DNA from: Gemmatimonadota bacterium
Lineage (GTDB): Bacteria > Gemmatimonadota > Gemmatimonadetes > Gemmatimonadales > GWC2-71-9
Assembly: GCA_039588295.1 (NCBI GenBank)
Contig: JBDHAB010000006.1
Coordinates: forward strand, 1 to 64,000
Direction: 5' to 3'
Length of the DNA stretch: 64,000 nt
The translations under genes were made by a program, and so were the position numbers. The notes under the pieces are model-generated. The model had not been told where the DNA came from, searched no databases, and saw only the letters and a program-made list of their open reading frames with translations. Numbering within the stretch: position 1 is the first letter of the stretch; each line of letters starts with the position of its first letter. Positions 1 to 10,537 of the stretch are shown in pieces.

Positions 1-22
1 CCGGTGCCGCTAAGTTTCGCCG

Positions 23-2218
23 ATGGATGAGAGACGGATCTCGATTCTGATCAGTGCGACGCAGGCGCGGCTGGCGCGTTGGGTCGCGTGGCTCCGTGCC
101 TCGCGGGGCACGCGGATCGCACTGCTCGTCTCGGGTGCCATCGGTGCCCTCGGCCTGGGGCTAGCCTATGGATCCTGGACCCGGGCGTGCGCCGGTGGTG
201 CGTGCCCGTCCATCGCCGTGCTCGAATCGTATCGGCCCCACCAGGCCCTCAAGATCTACGCCGCGGACGGACGGTTGATCCAGGAGATCGGTGAACAGCG
301 GCGCACCGTTCTCAGCCTCCAGGAGATCGCACCGGCGATCCCCGCCGCGTTCCTCGCCGTCGAGGACAAGCGATTCTACGCCCATGCCGGCATCGACTTC
401 CGCCGCATCGCCGGAAGCCTGAAGGCCAACATTCTGGCGGGCCGGTATGCCGAAGGATTCTCCACGATCACCATGCAGCTCTCCCGCAATGTGTGGAGTG
501 ACCAGCTGCCGAGCACGAAGTCGTTGCAGCGCAAGATTCGCGAGATGCGGGTGGCGCTGGAGTTGGAGAAGACCTACAGCAAAGACCGCATTCTGGAGCT
601 GTACCTCAATCAGATCTTCCTGGGTGGGAGTGCCTACGGCGTCGACGCCGGCGCACACAGATATTTTGGCAAGTCCGCGCGGGAGCTCAATCCCGCTGAA
701 GCGGCGCTGCTCGCGGGGATTCTCCCCGCCCCCAATGGCTACGACCCCAGACGCCACCCGGATCGGGCGATCCGCCGACGTAACATGGTGCTCAACCTGA
801 TGCGGGATCAGGGGTACCTGACCGCCGACGAGGCGGAGCAGTGGAAAGCCTACCCTGTCCTGGTGAGTTCGAGGGAGGACTTCGGGGACGTAGCGCCGTA
901 TTTCGTGGAGTGGGTTCGCCAGCAGCTCTATGCTCGGTTCGGCGGGTCGATCTACGAGCGGGGTTATCGCGTTTATACCACGCTGGATCTCGATATGCAG
1001 CTGGTCGCCGAGCGCACGATGGCGCAGCAGCTCGAGCGCGTCGAGGCGGGTGAATTCGGGTCCTATAACCACGGGAGCTATCAGCAGTATCTCGAGAGTG
1101 AGCCCGACCGGAGCGAGAAACTCACCCTCACTCCGTACCTGCAAGGAGCGCTGATCACACTGGATGCGGACTCCGGGTACGTTCGGGCGATGGTCGGCGG
1201 ACGCGACTTTGAGCATTCCGAGTGGAACCGGGCAACCCAAGCGGAGCGCCAAGCCGGTTCGACCTTCAAGCCGTTCGTGTTCTCTGCGGCCATCCGCTCC
1301 GGGAAGCCTGCGAGCCACATGATCGATGATTCACCGATCAGCCTGATGCAAAACGATACCATGCCGTGGGAGCCGCAGAACTTCGATGATCGGTTCTATG
1401 GGCCCATGACCATGCGCCGTGGACTGCAGCTCTCCCGGAACCTCGTGGCGATTCGGCTCGGGCTGGAGCTCGGGGTGCCTGCGGTCGTCGGCGAAGCGGC
1501 TCGATACGGGATATCGACGCGGCTCCCGCGGTTCCCATCGGTGTTCATTGGATCGGCGTCGGTCATCCCGCTCGAGATGGCGTCTGCCTACACGGCGTTT
1601 GCCACCCTGGGTACCCAGGTAGCACCGATCGGGATCTTACGCGTCGAGGACGTTGACGGTACGATCGTGTGGGAGCCCCAGGTGCGGCGGACCCGGATTA
1701 TGGAACCCGAACGCATGTGGCTGGTCACGAACATGCTCCAGGGTGTTGTAGACGGAGGCACGGCTGTCGGTGCGGTGCGCGTGCGAGGTGAATTCTCCTT
1801 GCCGGCAGGCGGGAAGACGGGCACCACCAACGATGGGACCGACGTGTGGTTCATCGGGTTCACCCCAGAGCTCGTCACGGCGGTGTGGATCGGATTCGAT
1901 CAGCCGACCAAGATCAAGGCCAACGCACAGGGAGGCCTGCTCGCGGCTCCGGCATGGGCGGCGTTCATGCGCGAGGTCTACGACCGGCGCAGTGCCCCGG
2001 CGAATTGGGGCCGGCCCGAAGGTCTCGTCCTGGCGAAGATCGACAACACCACGGGTTACCGGGCGACAGACTTCTGTCCGAGGCAGGCCGTGTACTTCGA
2101 ATGGTTCATCCCCGGAACCGAACCCACAGAGTTCTGCCCGTACCACAACCCGCTGAGCCGGATCTTCTCGAGCGTGCAGAGCGGCGTCGCACCCGTTGCC
2201 ACACCCCACCGTGACTGA
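23..2218 (+). CDS. Penicillin-binding protein 1A family (transglycosylase/transpeptidase)
   Basis: N-terminal TM; GT51 motifs EDKRFYAH, GFSTITMQL, RKIREM, LELYLN; transpeptidase motifs STFK, SRN, KTGT. Confidence 0.95.
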   Translation: MDERRISILISATQARLARWVAWLRASRGTRIALLVSGAIGALGLGLAYGSWTRACAGGACPSIAVLESYRPHQALKIYAADGRLIQEIGEQRRTVLSLQEIAPAIPAAFLAVEDKRFYAHAGIDFRRIAGSLKANILAGRYAEGFSTITMQLSRNVWSDQLPSTKSLQRKIREMRVALELEKTYSKDRILELYLNQIFLGGSAYGVDAGAHRYFGKSARELNPAEAALLAGILPAPNGYDPRRHPDRAIRRRNMVLNLMRDQGYLTADEAEQWKAYPVLVSSREDFGDVAPYFVEWVRQQLYARFGGSIYERGYRVYTTLDLDMQLVAERTMAQQLERVEAGEFGSYNHGSYQQYLESEPDRSEKLTLTPYLQGALITLDADSGYVRAMVGGRDFEHSEWNRATQAERQAGSTFKPFVFSAAIRSGKPASHMIDDSPISLMQNDTMPWEPQNFDDRFYGPMTMRRGLQLSRNLVAIRLGLELGVPAVVGEAARYGISTRLPRFPSVFIGSASVIPLEMASAYTAFATLGTQVAPIGILRVEDVDGTIVWEPQVRRTRIMEPERMWLVTNMLQGVVDGGTAVGAVRVRGEFSLPAGGKTGTTNDGTDVWFIGFTPELVTAVWIGFDQPTKIKANAQGGLLAAPAWAAFMREVYDRRSAPANWGRPEGLVLAKIDNTTGYRATDFCPRQAVYFEWFIPGTEPTEFCPYHNPLSRIFSSVQSGVAPVATPHRD

Positions 2219-2559
2219 AGTCCGCAAGCCTCTCAGCGGGACCCACCGCTTGCCGACGTGCGGGCGGGGAGCAACCTATGAGGGTCGACTCCCCGCTCGG
2301 CCTGCCGACTGCGACGCGCTAACCCGGGCTTGCGTGGTCCCGCCCGCCCCCTCCAGGCGAGCAATCTTGCCGGGCGGCAAGATGGCCAGCACGTCGCAGC
2401 CTGTTGTTTCTCTCTACGTCGTTGCGGGCGAGTGGTTTCAGCCGCCCGCCCTCACGTGAAGGATGTTCGAGGGGCCGGATTGGTCGCGCTGGCGTCATTG
2501 AATCCGGAAGCGTTCCCAGTGGCGCTCGGTCACGGCGTACCGACCGGCGGACAGCGGGT

Positions 2560-2601
2560 GTAACACACCCCATTGCAATGTGTTACGCCAGGGAGTACAA
2601 T
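2560..2601 (+). promoter_or_regulatory. Sigma70-type promoter (TTGCAA-N17-TACAAT) with an inverted repeat flanking the -35 box
   Basis: TTGCAA 2573-2578 and TACAAT 2596-2601, 17-nt spacer; GTAACACA (2560-2567) and TGTGTTAC (2579-2586) form a perfect inverted repeat. Confidence 0.65.
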
Positions 2602-2674
2602 TACCGAAAGCATGATCCCCCGCCCGTTCCGGATCGAGCGAGGCGGGATTGTTGTAGATGGATTGGAGCGATAC

Positions 2675-3226
2675 GTGCGCTGCTTGACGCTCAACGCTTC
2701 GTTTGAGCCCCTCACCATGGTGCCGGTTCGCCGAGCGCTCCGCCTCGTCATTGACGGCAAAGCGGAGATTGTTGAGGCGGATGGTGGGCGCCTCGTGCGC
2801 AGCGCGCGCCTGAGTTTTCCTCACCCGGCGGTGATCCGGCTGGTGAAGTTTGTCCATGTGCCGCGGAAGTTCCGCCGCCAGGTGACCAACACCTTCCTCT
2901 TCGCCCGCGACAACTACACCTGCCAGTTCTGCAGTCGCGCGGAACTCGAACTCGGTTTCCGCGAGTGTCTGACCCGTGACCACATCGTTCCGCTCTCACG
3001 TGGGGGTACGAACGATTGGACGAACGTGGTTACGGCCTGCTCCACCTGCAACACGAAGAAGGGCAACCGGCTTCCGGAGGAGTGCGGCTTCCACCTCCGA
3101 TCGATTCCTGCCGAGCCACACTTCGTCTACCTGACCTGGGCGGTTCGAAGGCTCACGGCCGCGCAAGAGAAGTACATCCGACTGTTCTACGGGAAGGCAG
3201 CACTCACGCAGCTCAAGGTGATGTAA
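2675..3226 (+). CDS. HNH endonuclease (McrA-like, LNASxEPL family), 183 aa
   Basis: GTG at 2675 with GGAG RBS at 2665-2668; motifs [35 protein letters not shown]. Confidence 0.92.
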   Translation: MRCLTLNASFEPLTMVPVRRALRLVIDGKAEIVEADGGRLVRSARLSFPHPAVIRLVKFVHVPRKFRRQVTNTFLFARDNYTCQFCSRAELELGFRECLTRDHIVPLSRGGTNDWTNVVTACSTCNTKKGNRLPEECGFHLRSIPAEPHFVYLTWAVRRLTAAQEKYIRLFYGKAALTQLKVM

Positions 3227-3351
3227 CCGTAGGCGCGGTCTTCGACGGGAGTCAGCGGCCTGGACGGTCTCGGTCACACTGCACGCCACAATGCGAGTTG
3301 TCCGCACGGCGACGAGGCGCCCTGTCAATTGAACGGGAGCGATCCACGACT

Positions 3352-3771
3352 ATGAAAGCGCATACGGAGTATCTCTGGTTCACTACGAAGAAACGTCAGC
3401 AGATCATCGACATCACGGACGAGGTGGCGGAGCAGGTGATGGAGAGTCAGGTCCGCGAGGGCTTCGTGCTGGTTTCGGCGATGCACATTACTGCCTCGGT
3501 GTTCGTGAACGATCACGAGCCGGGGTTGTGGCAGGACATTCTGCGGTGGCTCGAGGAGACCGTGGCACCCTGGGATCCCGATCGGTATCGGCACAATGAG
3601 ACCGGCGAGGACAACGCGGCGGCTCACCTGCGCAGCCTCACGATCGGCCATGAGGTCATTGTCCCCATCACGCAAGGCGCGCTCGACGTCGGCCCGTGGC
3701 AGCGGATCTTTTACGGCGAATGGGACGGGCGTCGAAAGAAGCGAGTCATCATCAAGGTGATGGGCGACTAA
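3352..3771 (+). CDS. yjbQ: YjbQ/UPF0047 family protein (secondary thiamine-phosphate synthase)
   Basis: [32 protein letters not shown] motifs; ATG at 3352. Confidence 0.9.
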   Translation: MKAHTEYLWFTTKKRQQIIDITDEVAEQVMESQVREGFVLVSAMHITASVFVNDHEPGLWQDILRWLEETVAPWDPDRYRHNETGEDNAAAHLRSLTIGHEVIVPITQGALDVGPWQRIFYGEWDGRRKKRVIIKVMGD

Positions 3772-3890
3772 GATGCTGCGAGCGCGAGCACCCCGCTGGT
3801 CGCTCCGCCGGCGGAGACGCAGGCCAATTCTGCTTGTAGGCCTTTTGAGGGGCAGTTAGCTTGAATAGTTCTGGGCGTGTAGGAGGGGGA

Positions 3891-5462
3891 GTGGATACGG
3901 ATCATCTGGCGGTGCTCGTCGACGAGCAGGCCCGCCAGCACCCCAGCCGCGAATGTCTGGTCTTGGGCAACCGGCGCTTGACCTACGAGCAGGTCAATAC
4001 CGAGGCGACCGCCCTCGCCGCGGGGCTGCGGGGACTGGGGATCGAGGTCGGCGACCGGTTGGCCGTCGATCTCCCCAATTGGCCAGAATGGATCATCACG
4101 TTCCTGGCGACGGCGCGTCTGGGAGCGGTGTTCGTCCCGCTGTACCCCTCACTCGGCTATCACGAGCTCAAGTACCTCTTGCGAAACACGGAAGCGAGTC
4201 TCGCCGTGGCAGCCGAGTCGCTGGGGGAGGTCGACTATCTCGAGCTGTTCGAAGATCTGATCGGCGAACTGCCGGACCTCCAATACCTGGTCACCGTGGG
4301 TCATGAGGAGTTCTGGTATGACGATCGGGTGTTCCAGTTCACCAACCTGGTAACGCGCGGCAAGCGGCACGCTGGGGAGATTGCCGCGGTCGACCCGGCT
4401 GACACCCCCCTCACGACGGTCTTCACGTCTGGCACCATGGGCAAGCCGAAGGGAGCGGTGCTCACTCATCGGAATCTCGTGTACGCGTCGAGAGCTGCCG
4501 CGCAGACGCTGCGGCAGGAAGGTGCCGATCGAGTGCTGGTCGCCGTACCGCTGTTCACCGTCTTTGGGATGCAGGTTGCCGTCTCGACGCTGATCACGGG
4601 AGGCACGTTAGTGCTGCAAAGCCGATTCGAACCGGCCGAGTCTCTCGATTTGATCGAGCGCGAGCAGGTCACTCTGGTCTCCGGCGTGCCCACCATGTTC
4701 CAACTCCTGATGGCGGATCCGTCCTTCGGGGGTCGGAACCTCTCCACTGTTCGGACCGGCATCGTGGCCGGAAGCCCGGTATCCGTGGACCTGGTGCGAC
4801 GGATCCGAACATGGAGTGACGCCCAGATCGCCTATGGGCTCACGGAAACGGGGCCGACGGTGTCCATCACCTGCTTCGAGGACTCGACCGAGCAGCGGGA
4901 GCAAACCGTCGGGCGGCCGATCGACGGCGTGGAGGTGCGGGTCGTGGATTTTTCGAGCGGCGCCCTTCATGGTCCGGAGGCAGTCGGCGAGCTGGCTGTG
5001 CGCGGTCCTAACGTCATGTCAGGGTACTACCGCATGCCGTCGGCGACCAAGCAGGTGTTCACCGCGGACGGGTTCTTTCTCACCGGCGACCTTGCGGCCG
5101 TCGACGAGGACGGATTCGTGAGCATCGTGGGCCGTCGGAAGGCGATGATCATTCGCGGCGGCTACAACGTGTTTCCGCGAGAGTTGGAAGACGTCCTCAG
5201 GACCCACCCAGCAGTCGATGACGCGTGCGTGGTAGGAGTGCCCAACGAGGTACTCGGCGAGATGATCTGCGCATGCGTAATGGCCGTCGAGGGTGCGATC
5301 GTCACGGGGGACGAACTCATCGATTACTGTCGAGAACAAGTTGCTGACTACAAAGTCCCGGACTGTGTTCGCTTCTTCGACACTTTCCCGCTCACCGGGA
5401 GCGGAAAAGTGAAGCGACAGGAGCTGGCGCAGATCGTGGGACTGGAATTGAGTGCTACGTGA
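3891..5462 (+). CDS. Class I adenylate-forming enzyme (long-chain acyl-CoA ligase-like)
   Basis: [28 protein letters not shown] motifs; AGGAGG RBS before GTG 3891. Confidence 0.9.
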   Translation: MDTDHLAVLVDEQARQHPSRECLVLGNRRLTYEQVNTEATALAAGLRGLGIEVGDRLAVDLPNWPEWIITFLATARLGAVFVPLYPSLGYHELKYLLRNTEASLAVAAESLGEVDYLELFEDLIGELPDLQYLVTVGHEEFWYDDRVFQFTNLVTRGKRHAGEIAAVDPADTPLTTVFTSGTMGKPKGAVLTHRNLVYASRAAAQTLRQEGADRVLVAVPLFTVFGMQVAVSTLITGGTLVLQSRFEPAESLDLIEREQVTLVSGVPTMFQLLMADPSFGGRNLSTVRTGIVAGSPVSVDLVRRIRTWSDAQIAYGLTETGPTVSITCFEDSTEQREQTVGRPIDGVEVRVVDFSSGALHGPEAVGELAVRGPNVMSGYYRMPSATKQVFTADGFFLTGDLAAVDEDGFVSIVGRRKAMIIRGGYNVFPRELEDVLRTHPAVDDACVVGVPNEVLGEMICACVMAVEGAIVTGDELIDYCREQVADYKVPDCVRFFDTFPLTGSGKVKRQELAQIVGLELSAT

Positions 5463-7279
5463 AGGACCTGAACGCGCGACACCTCGTGAGAGGTGTCCAC
5501 AAGGACCCGCCGAGCCATGCGCCCAACGCGGCTCTGATGATCGATTTTGACAATGTGACAATGGGGATCCGATCGGATCTTCAAAACCAGCTGAGGAAGC
5601 TGCTCAACTCGGAGATCATCAAAGGAAACGTTGCGGTCCAGCGAGCGTACGCGGACTGGCGCCGCTATCCACAGTACATCGTGCCACTGTCCGAAGCGTC
5701 GATCGACCTGATCTTCGCTCCTGCATTCGGCTCGAACAAGAAGAACGCCACCGACATCCGGCTAGCCATCGATGCACTGGAACTGGTGTTCACGAGGCCC
5801 GAAATCGGCACGTTCATACTCCTGTCGGGTGACTCGGACTTCTCGAGCCTGGTTCTGAAGCTGAAAGAGTACGGGAAGTACATCATCGGCGTCGGGCTTC
5901 GGGAATCGTCCAGTGATCTCCTCATCCAGAACTGTGACGAGTACTACGGCTACACCGAGCTGACCGGACTCACCAGAGAAGGAGAGGTACAGGCGGTCCG
6001 CCGCGATCCTTGGGAGCTCGTGGTCGAGGCGGTGACGACGATGAAGAGAGACGATGACGTCATGCGGTCGGATCGGCTTAAGCAGGTAATGCAGACCCTG
6101 GATCCGAACTTCAACGAAAAGGACGCGGGGTTCAGTCGGTTCAGTCGATTCGTCGTCGAGGCCTCGCAGCGCGGGCTGTTGCGGCTGGAGAAGATGGAGA
6201 ATGGCCAGTACGCCGTCGACCTCGGTGACAATGCGAATGTCCCGCCAGAGGAAGAAGCGGAAATCCGCCGCCGAGATACCGCTCAGAAGGAGGGCACGCC
6301 AAAGAGCCGCCGGAAGCGGACGAGCCGTCGACGCGAAGGCACGGAACAGCCCCGCCAGCTGACATTGGCGGAAGCGTTCGATCTGCTCAACCAGTCGCTG
6401 CTGGTACTCGGTGCGGCGGGCGACGCTTCGACGACCCCCGACGAGGCACGCGACAAGATGATCGACCTGCTGGGTGACGAGACCGACTCCATCTTTCAAC
6501 GTCCGCGGTTCCATCGCCTGCTGCGGCAAGCGCACGATGCGGATCTCATTGAGCTGGCAAAGGCTGGGGGAGACGCCTACGAGTTGAAACTCAGGCCACA
6601 GGCTGTGGTGGAGAAGGAGACGGAGGCAACTTCGGCGGCAACGAAGGCGCACCCAGCGGCGCAGATGGAGGACGAAGCACCCGCCGCCGAAAAGCAGCCG
6701 CGCTCGCGCAAGTCGACGACGAAGAAGACGAGCAAGTCACGCAGCCGAACCGCGAAGCGCCGGACGGCATCTGCCGAGCAGCCGGCCGCTGAGGCATCGT
6801 CCGGGCCATCCGAGGTAGGCCCTAAGCCGAGCGATGAGAAGAGCAAGTCTGAGGCGCAAACAGCGCCCAAGCGCCATCCCCGGTTTCGCCGGGGCTCGCG
6901 TGGCGCGCCGTCGGCGCCCGGTCGGTCTGCCGCGGACAAAGCGTCGGATGAGGCGACCGCGACTGCTGAATCGTCCGGACGGGATGCGGAGAAGGGCTCC
7001 AAGCCCGCCGCGCGGTCGGTCCGCCCGCGCGGCGGTGGTCGCCGCGCTCGCGGGGCCCCGCGGTCGGACGGGGATGCACCATCGAAGGACAAGGCGGCCG
7101 AGGCGTCGCCGGATCAACTGGCGGATACGAACCGTGGTGCTGGCGCGGCAACGCCTCCTGCAGACGATGTTCCCCTAGCTAGGGGGTCCCTTCGAGGAGC
7201 CGACTCCGGAGAAGGGGACGTTCCTGCGCAAGATGACGGAGGCGATACAGAAGGTGGTGCGGGGACCAGGGACCTCTGA
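5459..7279 (+). CDS. NYN domain protein with LOTUS/OST-HTH domain(s) and long disordered C-terminal tail
   Basis: [25 protein letters not shown] motifs; [23 protein letters not shown] motif; Ala/Ser/Arg/Lys-rich tail. Confidence 0.85.
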   Translation: MKDLNARHLVRGVHKDPPSHAPNAALMIDFDNVTMGIRSDLQNQLRKLLNSEIIKGNVAVQRAYADWRRYPQYIVPLSEASIDLIFAPAFGSNKKNATDIRLAIDALELVFTRPEIGTFILLSGDSDFSSLVLKLKEYGKYIIGVGLRESSSDLLIQNCDEYYGYTELTGLTREGEVQAVRRDPWELVVEAVTTMKRDDDVMRSDRLKQVMQTLDPNFNEKDAGFSRFSRFVVEASQRGLLRLEKMENGQYAVDLGDNANVPPEEEAEIRRRDTAQKEGTPKSRRKRTSRRREGTEQPRQLTLAEAFDLLNQSLLVLGAAGDASTTPDEARDKMIDLLGDETDSIFQRPRFHRLLRQAHDADLIELAKAGGDAYELKLRPQAVVEKETEATSAATKAHPAAQMEDEAPAAEKQPRSRKSTTKKTSKSRSRTAKRRTASAEQPAAEASSGPSEVGPKPSDEKSKSEAQTAPKRHPRFRRGSRGAPSAPGRSAADKASDEATATAESSGRDAEKGSKPAARSVRPRGGGRRARGAPRSDGDAPSKDKAAEASPDQLADTNRGAGAATPPADDVPLARGSLRGADSGEGDVPAQDDGGDTEGGAGTRDL

Positions 7280-7293
7280 GGATCAATGAGCGG

Positions 7294-7887
7294 GTGAGCG
7301 TCGCGCTCGGCCGGCAGCTCCCAGTATCGTTCTTCGCGCGCGACACGGTACGTGTCGCGCGCGATTTGTTGGGATGTCTCTTGGAGTCTCGGGTCGGCCG
7401 CCAGCGCACAGTCGGGCGGATTGTCGAGGTCGAGGCCTACGTCGGTCCGGACGACCCGGCAGATCACGGGTTTCGCAACCGGCAGAGCCCCCGCAACGCC
7501 GCCCTGTTCGGTCCGCCGGGCACCGCGTATGTCTTTCGTGCCTACGGGGTGCACTGGTGTTTCAACGCGGTCACCGAGCGCGAGGGGTTCCCGTCCGCGG
7601 TTCTGGTGCGGGCGCTCCAGCCTATGGTCGGACAGCAGGTCATGGCTCGACGACGCGGTACCGTCGAACCCCGCCTGCTCTGTTCCGGGCCGGGCCGTCT
7701 CTGCCAGGCGCTTGGCATCACCGGCGCACAGAATGGGATACTCCTCGGAGGAAAAGCCATTCGCCTTCGTCGACCCACCCCCAACCGCCGTGGTCGAATC
7801 GTTCGTGGCCCGCGAATCGGCATCTCGCGGGCCACGGACTGGCCATTGAGGTTCTACATCGAGCAGTCGCCCTGGCGCTCCCGGTGA
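7294..7887 (+). CDS. mpg: DNA-3-methyladenine glycosylase (MPG/AAG family)
   Basis: GRIVEVEAY, YGVHWCFN, SAVLVRALQP, GPGRLCQALGI, PRIGIS. Confidence 0.92.
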   Translation: MSVALGRQLPVSFFARDTVRVARDLLGCLLESRVGRQRTVGRIVEVEAYVGPDDPADHGFRNRQSPRNAALFGPPGTAYVFRAYGVHWCFNAVTEREGFPSAVLVRALQPMVGQQVMARRRGTVEPRLLCSGPGRLCQALGITGAQNGILLGGKAIRLRRPTPNRRGRIVRGPRIGISRATDWPLRFYIEQSPWRSR

Positions 7888-7915
7888 CCGATCCGCGCCT
7901 CCGTCTCCACGACGG

Positions 7916-10519
7916 TCATCGAGCGACCGGCGTGCTCAGCAGCGCGGCATTGAACAGCAGCTTGAAGGTCCCCCACGGCTGACCCCGGTGTTGTGGCCGG
8001 AAGCCGAATAGAATGACGCGACCGTCCCCGACCGGCACATCGACCAGCGCCGCCCTACCCGCAAGACGCTGCTGATTGAGGGCATATCCCGACCGCAGTG
8101 GTTCGTCGACGTACCGGCCCAGGACGCGGGCCGGCGACTCGGCGTCAAACGCTACGCTCCGCGCGAAGTACACGTAGGTTGGGTTCCGCACCCCGGACGT
8201 GAGCGCATCGCCTGTCTCGAACGATGCCTCGAACACGGAGCCGGGAGCGTAGAACTCCTCGCCCGTCGAAGCACCACGACCCTGGGGAATCGTGTTGGCA
8301 ACCGGCAGGTCGAGCCACGCAATGGCGAACTCACTCGATCCGTCGAGCGAGACGAGAACGCCGCCCGCATGCACGAAATCCTTGATGTTGTCGGCTCCGG
8401 CGGTCCCGATGCCCCCGGCGAACTGCGCGGGTATCTGTGACGCCGGGTGCCCCTCCAGGATGTCGTCGGTGGTGAGATCTGGGAGCAGCAGCACGTCGAA
8501 CCGCTGCCCCAGCTCACCACGGCGGATGTCAATGTCACTCACCGACTGGTACGGAATCCCATGCCGTTCGAATACCCAGCGAGTCCAACCCTCATCCATG
8601 CTGGCGGTCCACGGCTTGTAGAGCGCGATCCGTGGGAGCCGCTTGGTGACCAGACGTGGCGGCGGTGCCGCATCCACGGCCCACGCGTCGTACCCAAACT
8701 GCTGCACGTGCCGGGCGATCAGCTGCGACAGGCGATCGGGGCGGTCACGGTTCTCGAGCACCACGGAACCGGCGGGGTGGGTGGTGCCGCCGGTCACCAT
8801 CGGCTCGGAGGTCACCCACACCTGCGCTCCGCTGCGCAGCGCCTCGGCGACGGTGCGGCTTTCCGCCACCGAACGGTTACGCAGGACCCACAAAGGGCCG
8901 GTGCCGTGTCTCGCGCCGGCTGGTACCTCGACGTCTTCTACGCGCACACTCGGAACGGCAACCGGTTTGTCCACGCGGCGCACCGTCACGCCCATCTGCA
9001 ACTGGAGGGTCCAGCCGGCGACGTCGTAGGGTGGAATGGGCGGACCGTCGGGATACTCACGGCGGTCCGGGTAGCGCTGCCGCTCCAGTAAGTCCTTGGC
9101 ATGCGCGCGGAACGGCTGCGCCATCGGTACGATCAGCGCGCCAGCGCCGTAGTGTTCTGCCCCGGCGTCGAACCCGGCGGTTGCACGCCGGATCTCGACT
9201 CCAGCACGCAGCAATGTGTTGGCGAGCTCTGCCGCGGCGCCAGGATCATCCTGTTCAGTCGGAATGACATAGGCATACGGATCGCCGAGGGCTCCGGCCG
9301 CCACGGCCCGCCGCCCAAGCGTGACAAACCGCCGCACAAATGACTCACGCTCGGAAGCGACGAGCCGAAGTAAGCCGTCGGCAGCCAGCAGCTCATACTC
9401 GATGATATCTCGCAACCGCCACCAGCCCCCGGACCACCGGCTCGGGTAGTTGACGCCTGCCTCCCCGTGACGCAGGGAATCGGGGTCCTGATAGATGGGA
9501 GAGGCGAGTCGGGCACTCGCCGCTTCGGAGAGAACGCCGATCATGTTATGGCGCGCCGGAACGGTGCGGAATCCGCCGTGCCACCAGAGATCGAACCGGG
9601 ACTGGTGTTGAATCCCCGTCTTGCCCCCGTCGATCACGCTGGCAGCCATCGCCGAGCCCACGAGATTGGTGCCCGCGATGATCATTGGGTCGATGTTCGG
9701 ATTCACGGGATCGCTGAACGGGGGAACGAACAGTCGGGCGCCGCGGTTGCCCATCTGGTGCACGTCCCACACGACTTGCGGAAACCACTCCCGGTAGAGC
9801 ACACGTGCGAGCGTTTGGCTCTCCACCTGCGTGAGCATGAACCAGTCTCGGTTGTTGTCGTGTCCCACATAGGGGTGGTACAGCCACGGAAGCGGTCCGG
9901 CCTCGTATGGCGTGCCTTTGTGCCGCCGGTACCACGCGACGACCGTGTCGAGCCCGTCGGGATTCGCCGATGGGGTCATGAGGATGATGAGGTTCTCGAG
10001 GATGGCACGGTAGCGCGGGTCGGTTGCGAGACGATGCGCTAGAATCATTGAGAACTGACTCGAGGCGATCTCCGTCGAGTGGATGTTGTTGTTGATGAAC
10101 ACGACGGCCGGCGCGTGGCGCACCAGCGAATCCTCCACTGTGGGCGACAACCGGCGGGGGTCTGCGAGCAGTGCCTGGCCGTCACGGATCTCCGATAACC
10201 GGCGGTGGTGGTCTGGTGCGGTGATCGTGACGAGCAGCATGGGCTTGCCCGTGGTCGAGCGCCCGACCGTATCGAGACGTACCTGGTCGGAGGCGTGGGC
10301 AAGGGCGGACAGGTAGCGCCCGATCTGGGACCAGTCAGCGAGAACCGAGTCCGCACCCACGTGAATCTCGAGGAATTCGGAAGGGTCTGGTACATGCTGC
10401 TGTTGTGCGTCGGCACGGGTGTTCGCGCCGATCGCCAGGGCCGCGAGGAGCGCCACGAACGGGGTTCGCGTCCGGACGGGTCCGACCGCGCCTCGCGACG
10501 AGTGTCGAGTCTGTTCCAT
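7916..10519 (-). CDS. Secreted M14 zinc carboxypeptidase with C-terminal glutamine-amidotransferase-like domain
   Basis: Signal peptide; IHSTE, NPDG, DNNRD, DVHQM motifs; SMDEGWTRW in the C-terminal part. Confidence 0.88.
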   Translation of the reverse strand: MEQTRHSSRGAVGPVRTRTPFVALLAALAIGANTRADAQQQHVPDPSEFLEIHVGADSVLADWSQIGRYLSALAHASDQVRLDTVGRSTTGKPMLLVTITAPDHHRRLSEIRDGQALLADPRRLSPTVEDSLVRHAPAVVFINNNIHSTEIASSQFSMILAHRLATDPRYRAILENLIILMTPSANPDGLDTVVAWYRRHKGTPYEAGPLPWLYHPYVGHDNNRDWFMLTQVESQTLARVLYREWFPQVVWDVHQMGNRGARLFVPPFSDPVNPNIDPMIIAGTNLVGSAMAASVIDGGKTGIQHQSRFDLWWHGGFRTVPARHNMIGVLSEAASARLASPIYQDPDSLRHGEAGVNYPSRWSGGWWRLRDIIEYELLAADGLLRLVASERESFVRRFVTLGRRAVAAGALGDPYAYVIPTEQDDPGAAAELANTLLRAGVEIRRATAGFDAGAEHYGAGALIVPMAQPFRAHAKDLLERQRYPDRREYPDGPPIPPYDVAGWTLQLQMGVTVRRVDKPVAVPSVRVEDVEVPAGARHGTGPLWVLRNRSVAESRTVAEALRSGAQVWVTSEPMVTGGTTHPAGSVVLENRDRPDRLSQLIARHVQQFGYDAWAVDAAPPPRLVTKRLPRIALYKPWTASMDEGWTRWVFERHGIPYQSVSDIDIRRGELGQRFDVLLLPDLTTDDILEGHPASQIPAQFAGGIGTAGADNIKDFVHAGGVLVSLDGSSEFAIAWLDLPVANTIPQGRGASTGEEFYAPGSVFEASFETGDALTSGVRNPTYVYFARSVAFDAESPARVLGRYVDEPLRSGYALNQQRLAGRAALVDVPVGDGRVILFGFRPQHRGQPWGTFKLLFNAALLSTPVAR

Positions 10520-10537
10520 GGTCGCCCCTTCCACTCG

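Noticed and set aside
2219..2674. tmRNA, RNase P RNA or SRP RNA as the identity of the structured region
   Set aside because: Hallmark sequences (tRNA-like ends and tag ORF, GAGGAAAGUCC, the SRP GGAA loop with AGCAG) are not present on either strand
2573..2674. Longer N-terminus of the HNH ORF from TTG 2573
   Set aside because: It overlaps the predicted promoter; GTG 2675 has an RBS and matches the family start
6600..7279. Low-complexity tail of the NYN protein as a separate element or frameshift
   Set aside because: The frame is continuous and disordered basic tails are common on NYN-LOTUS proteins
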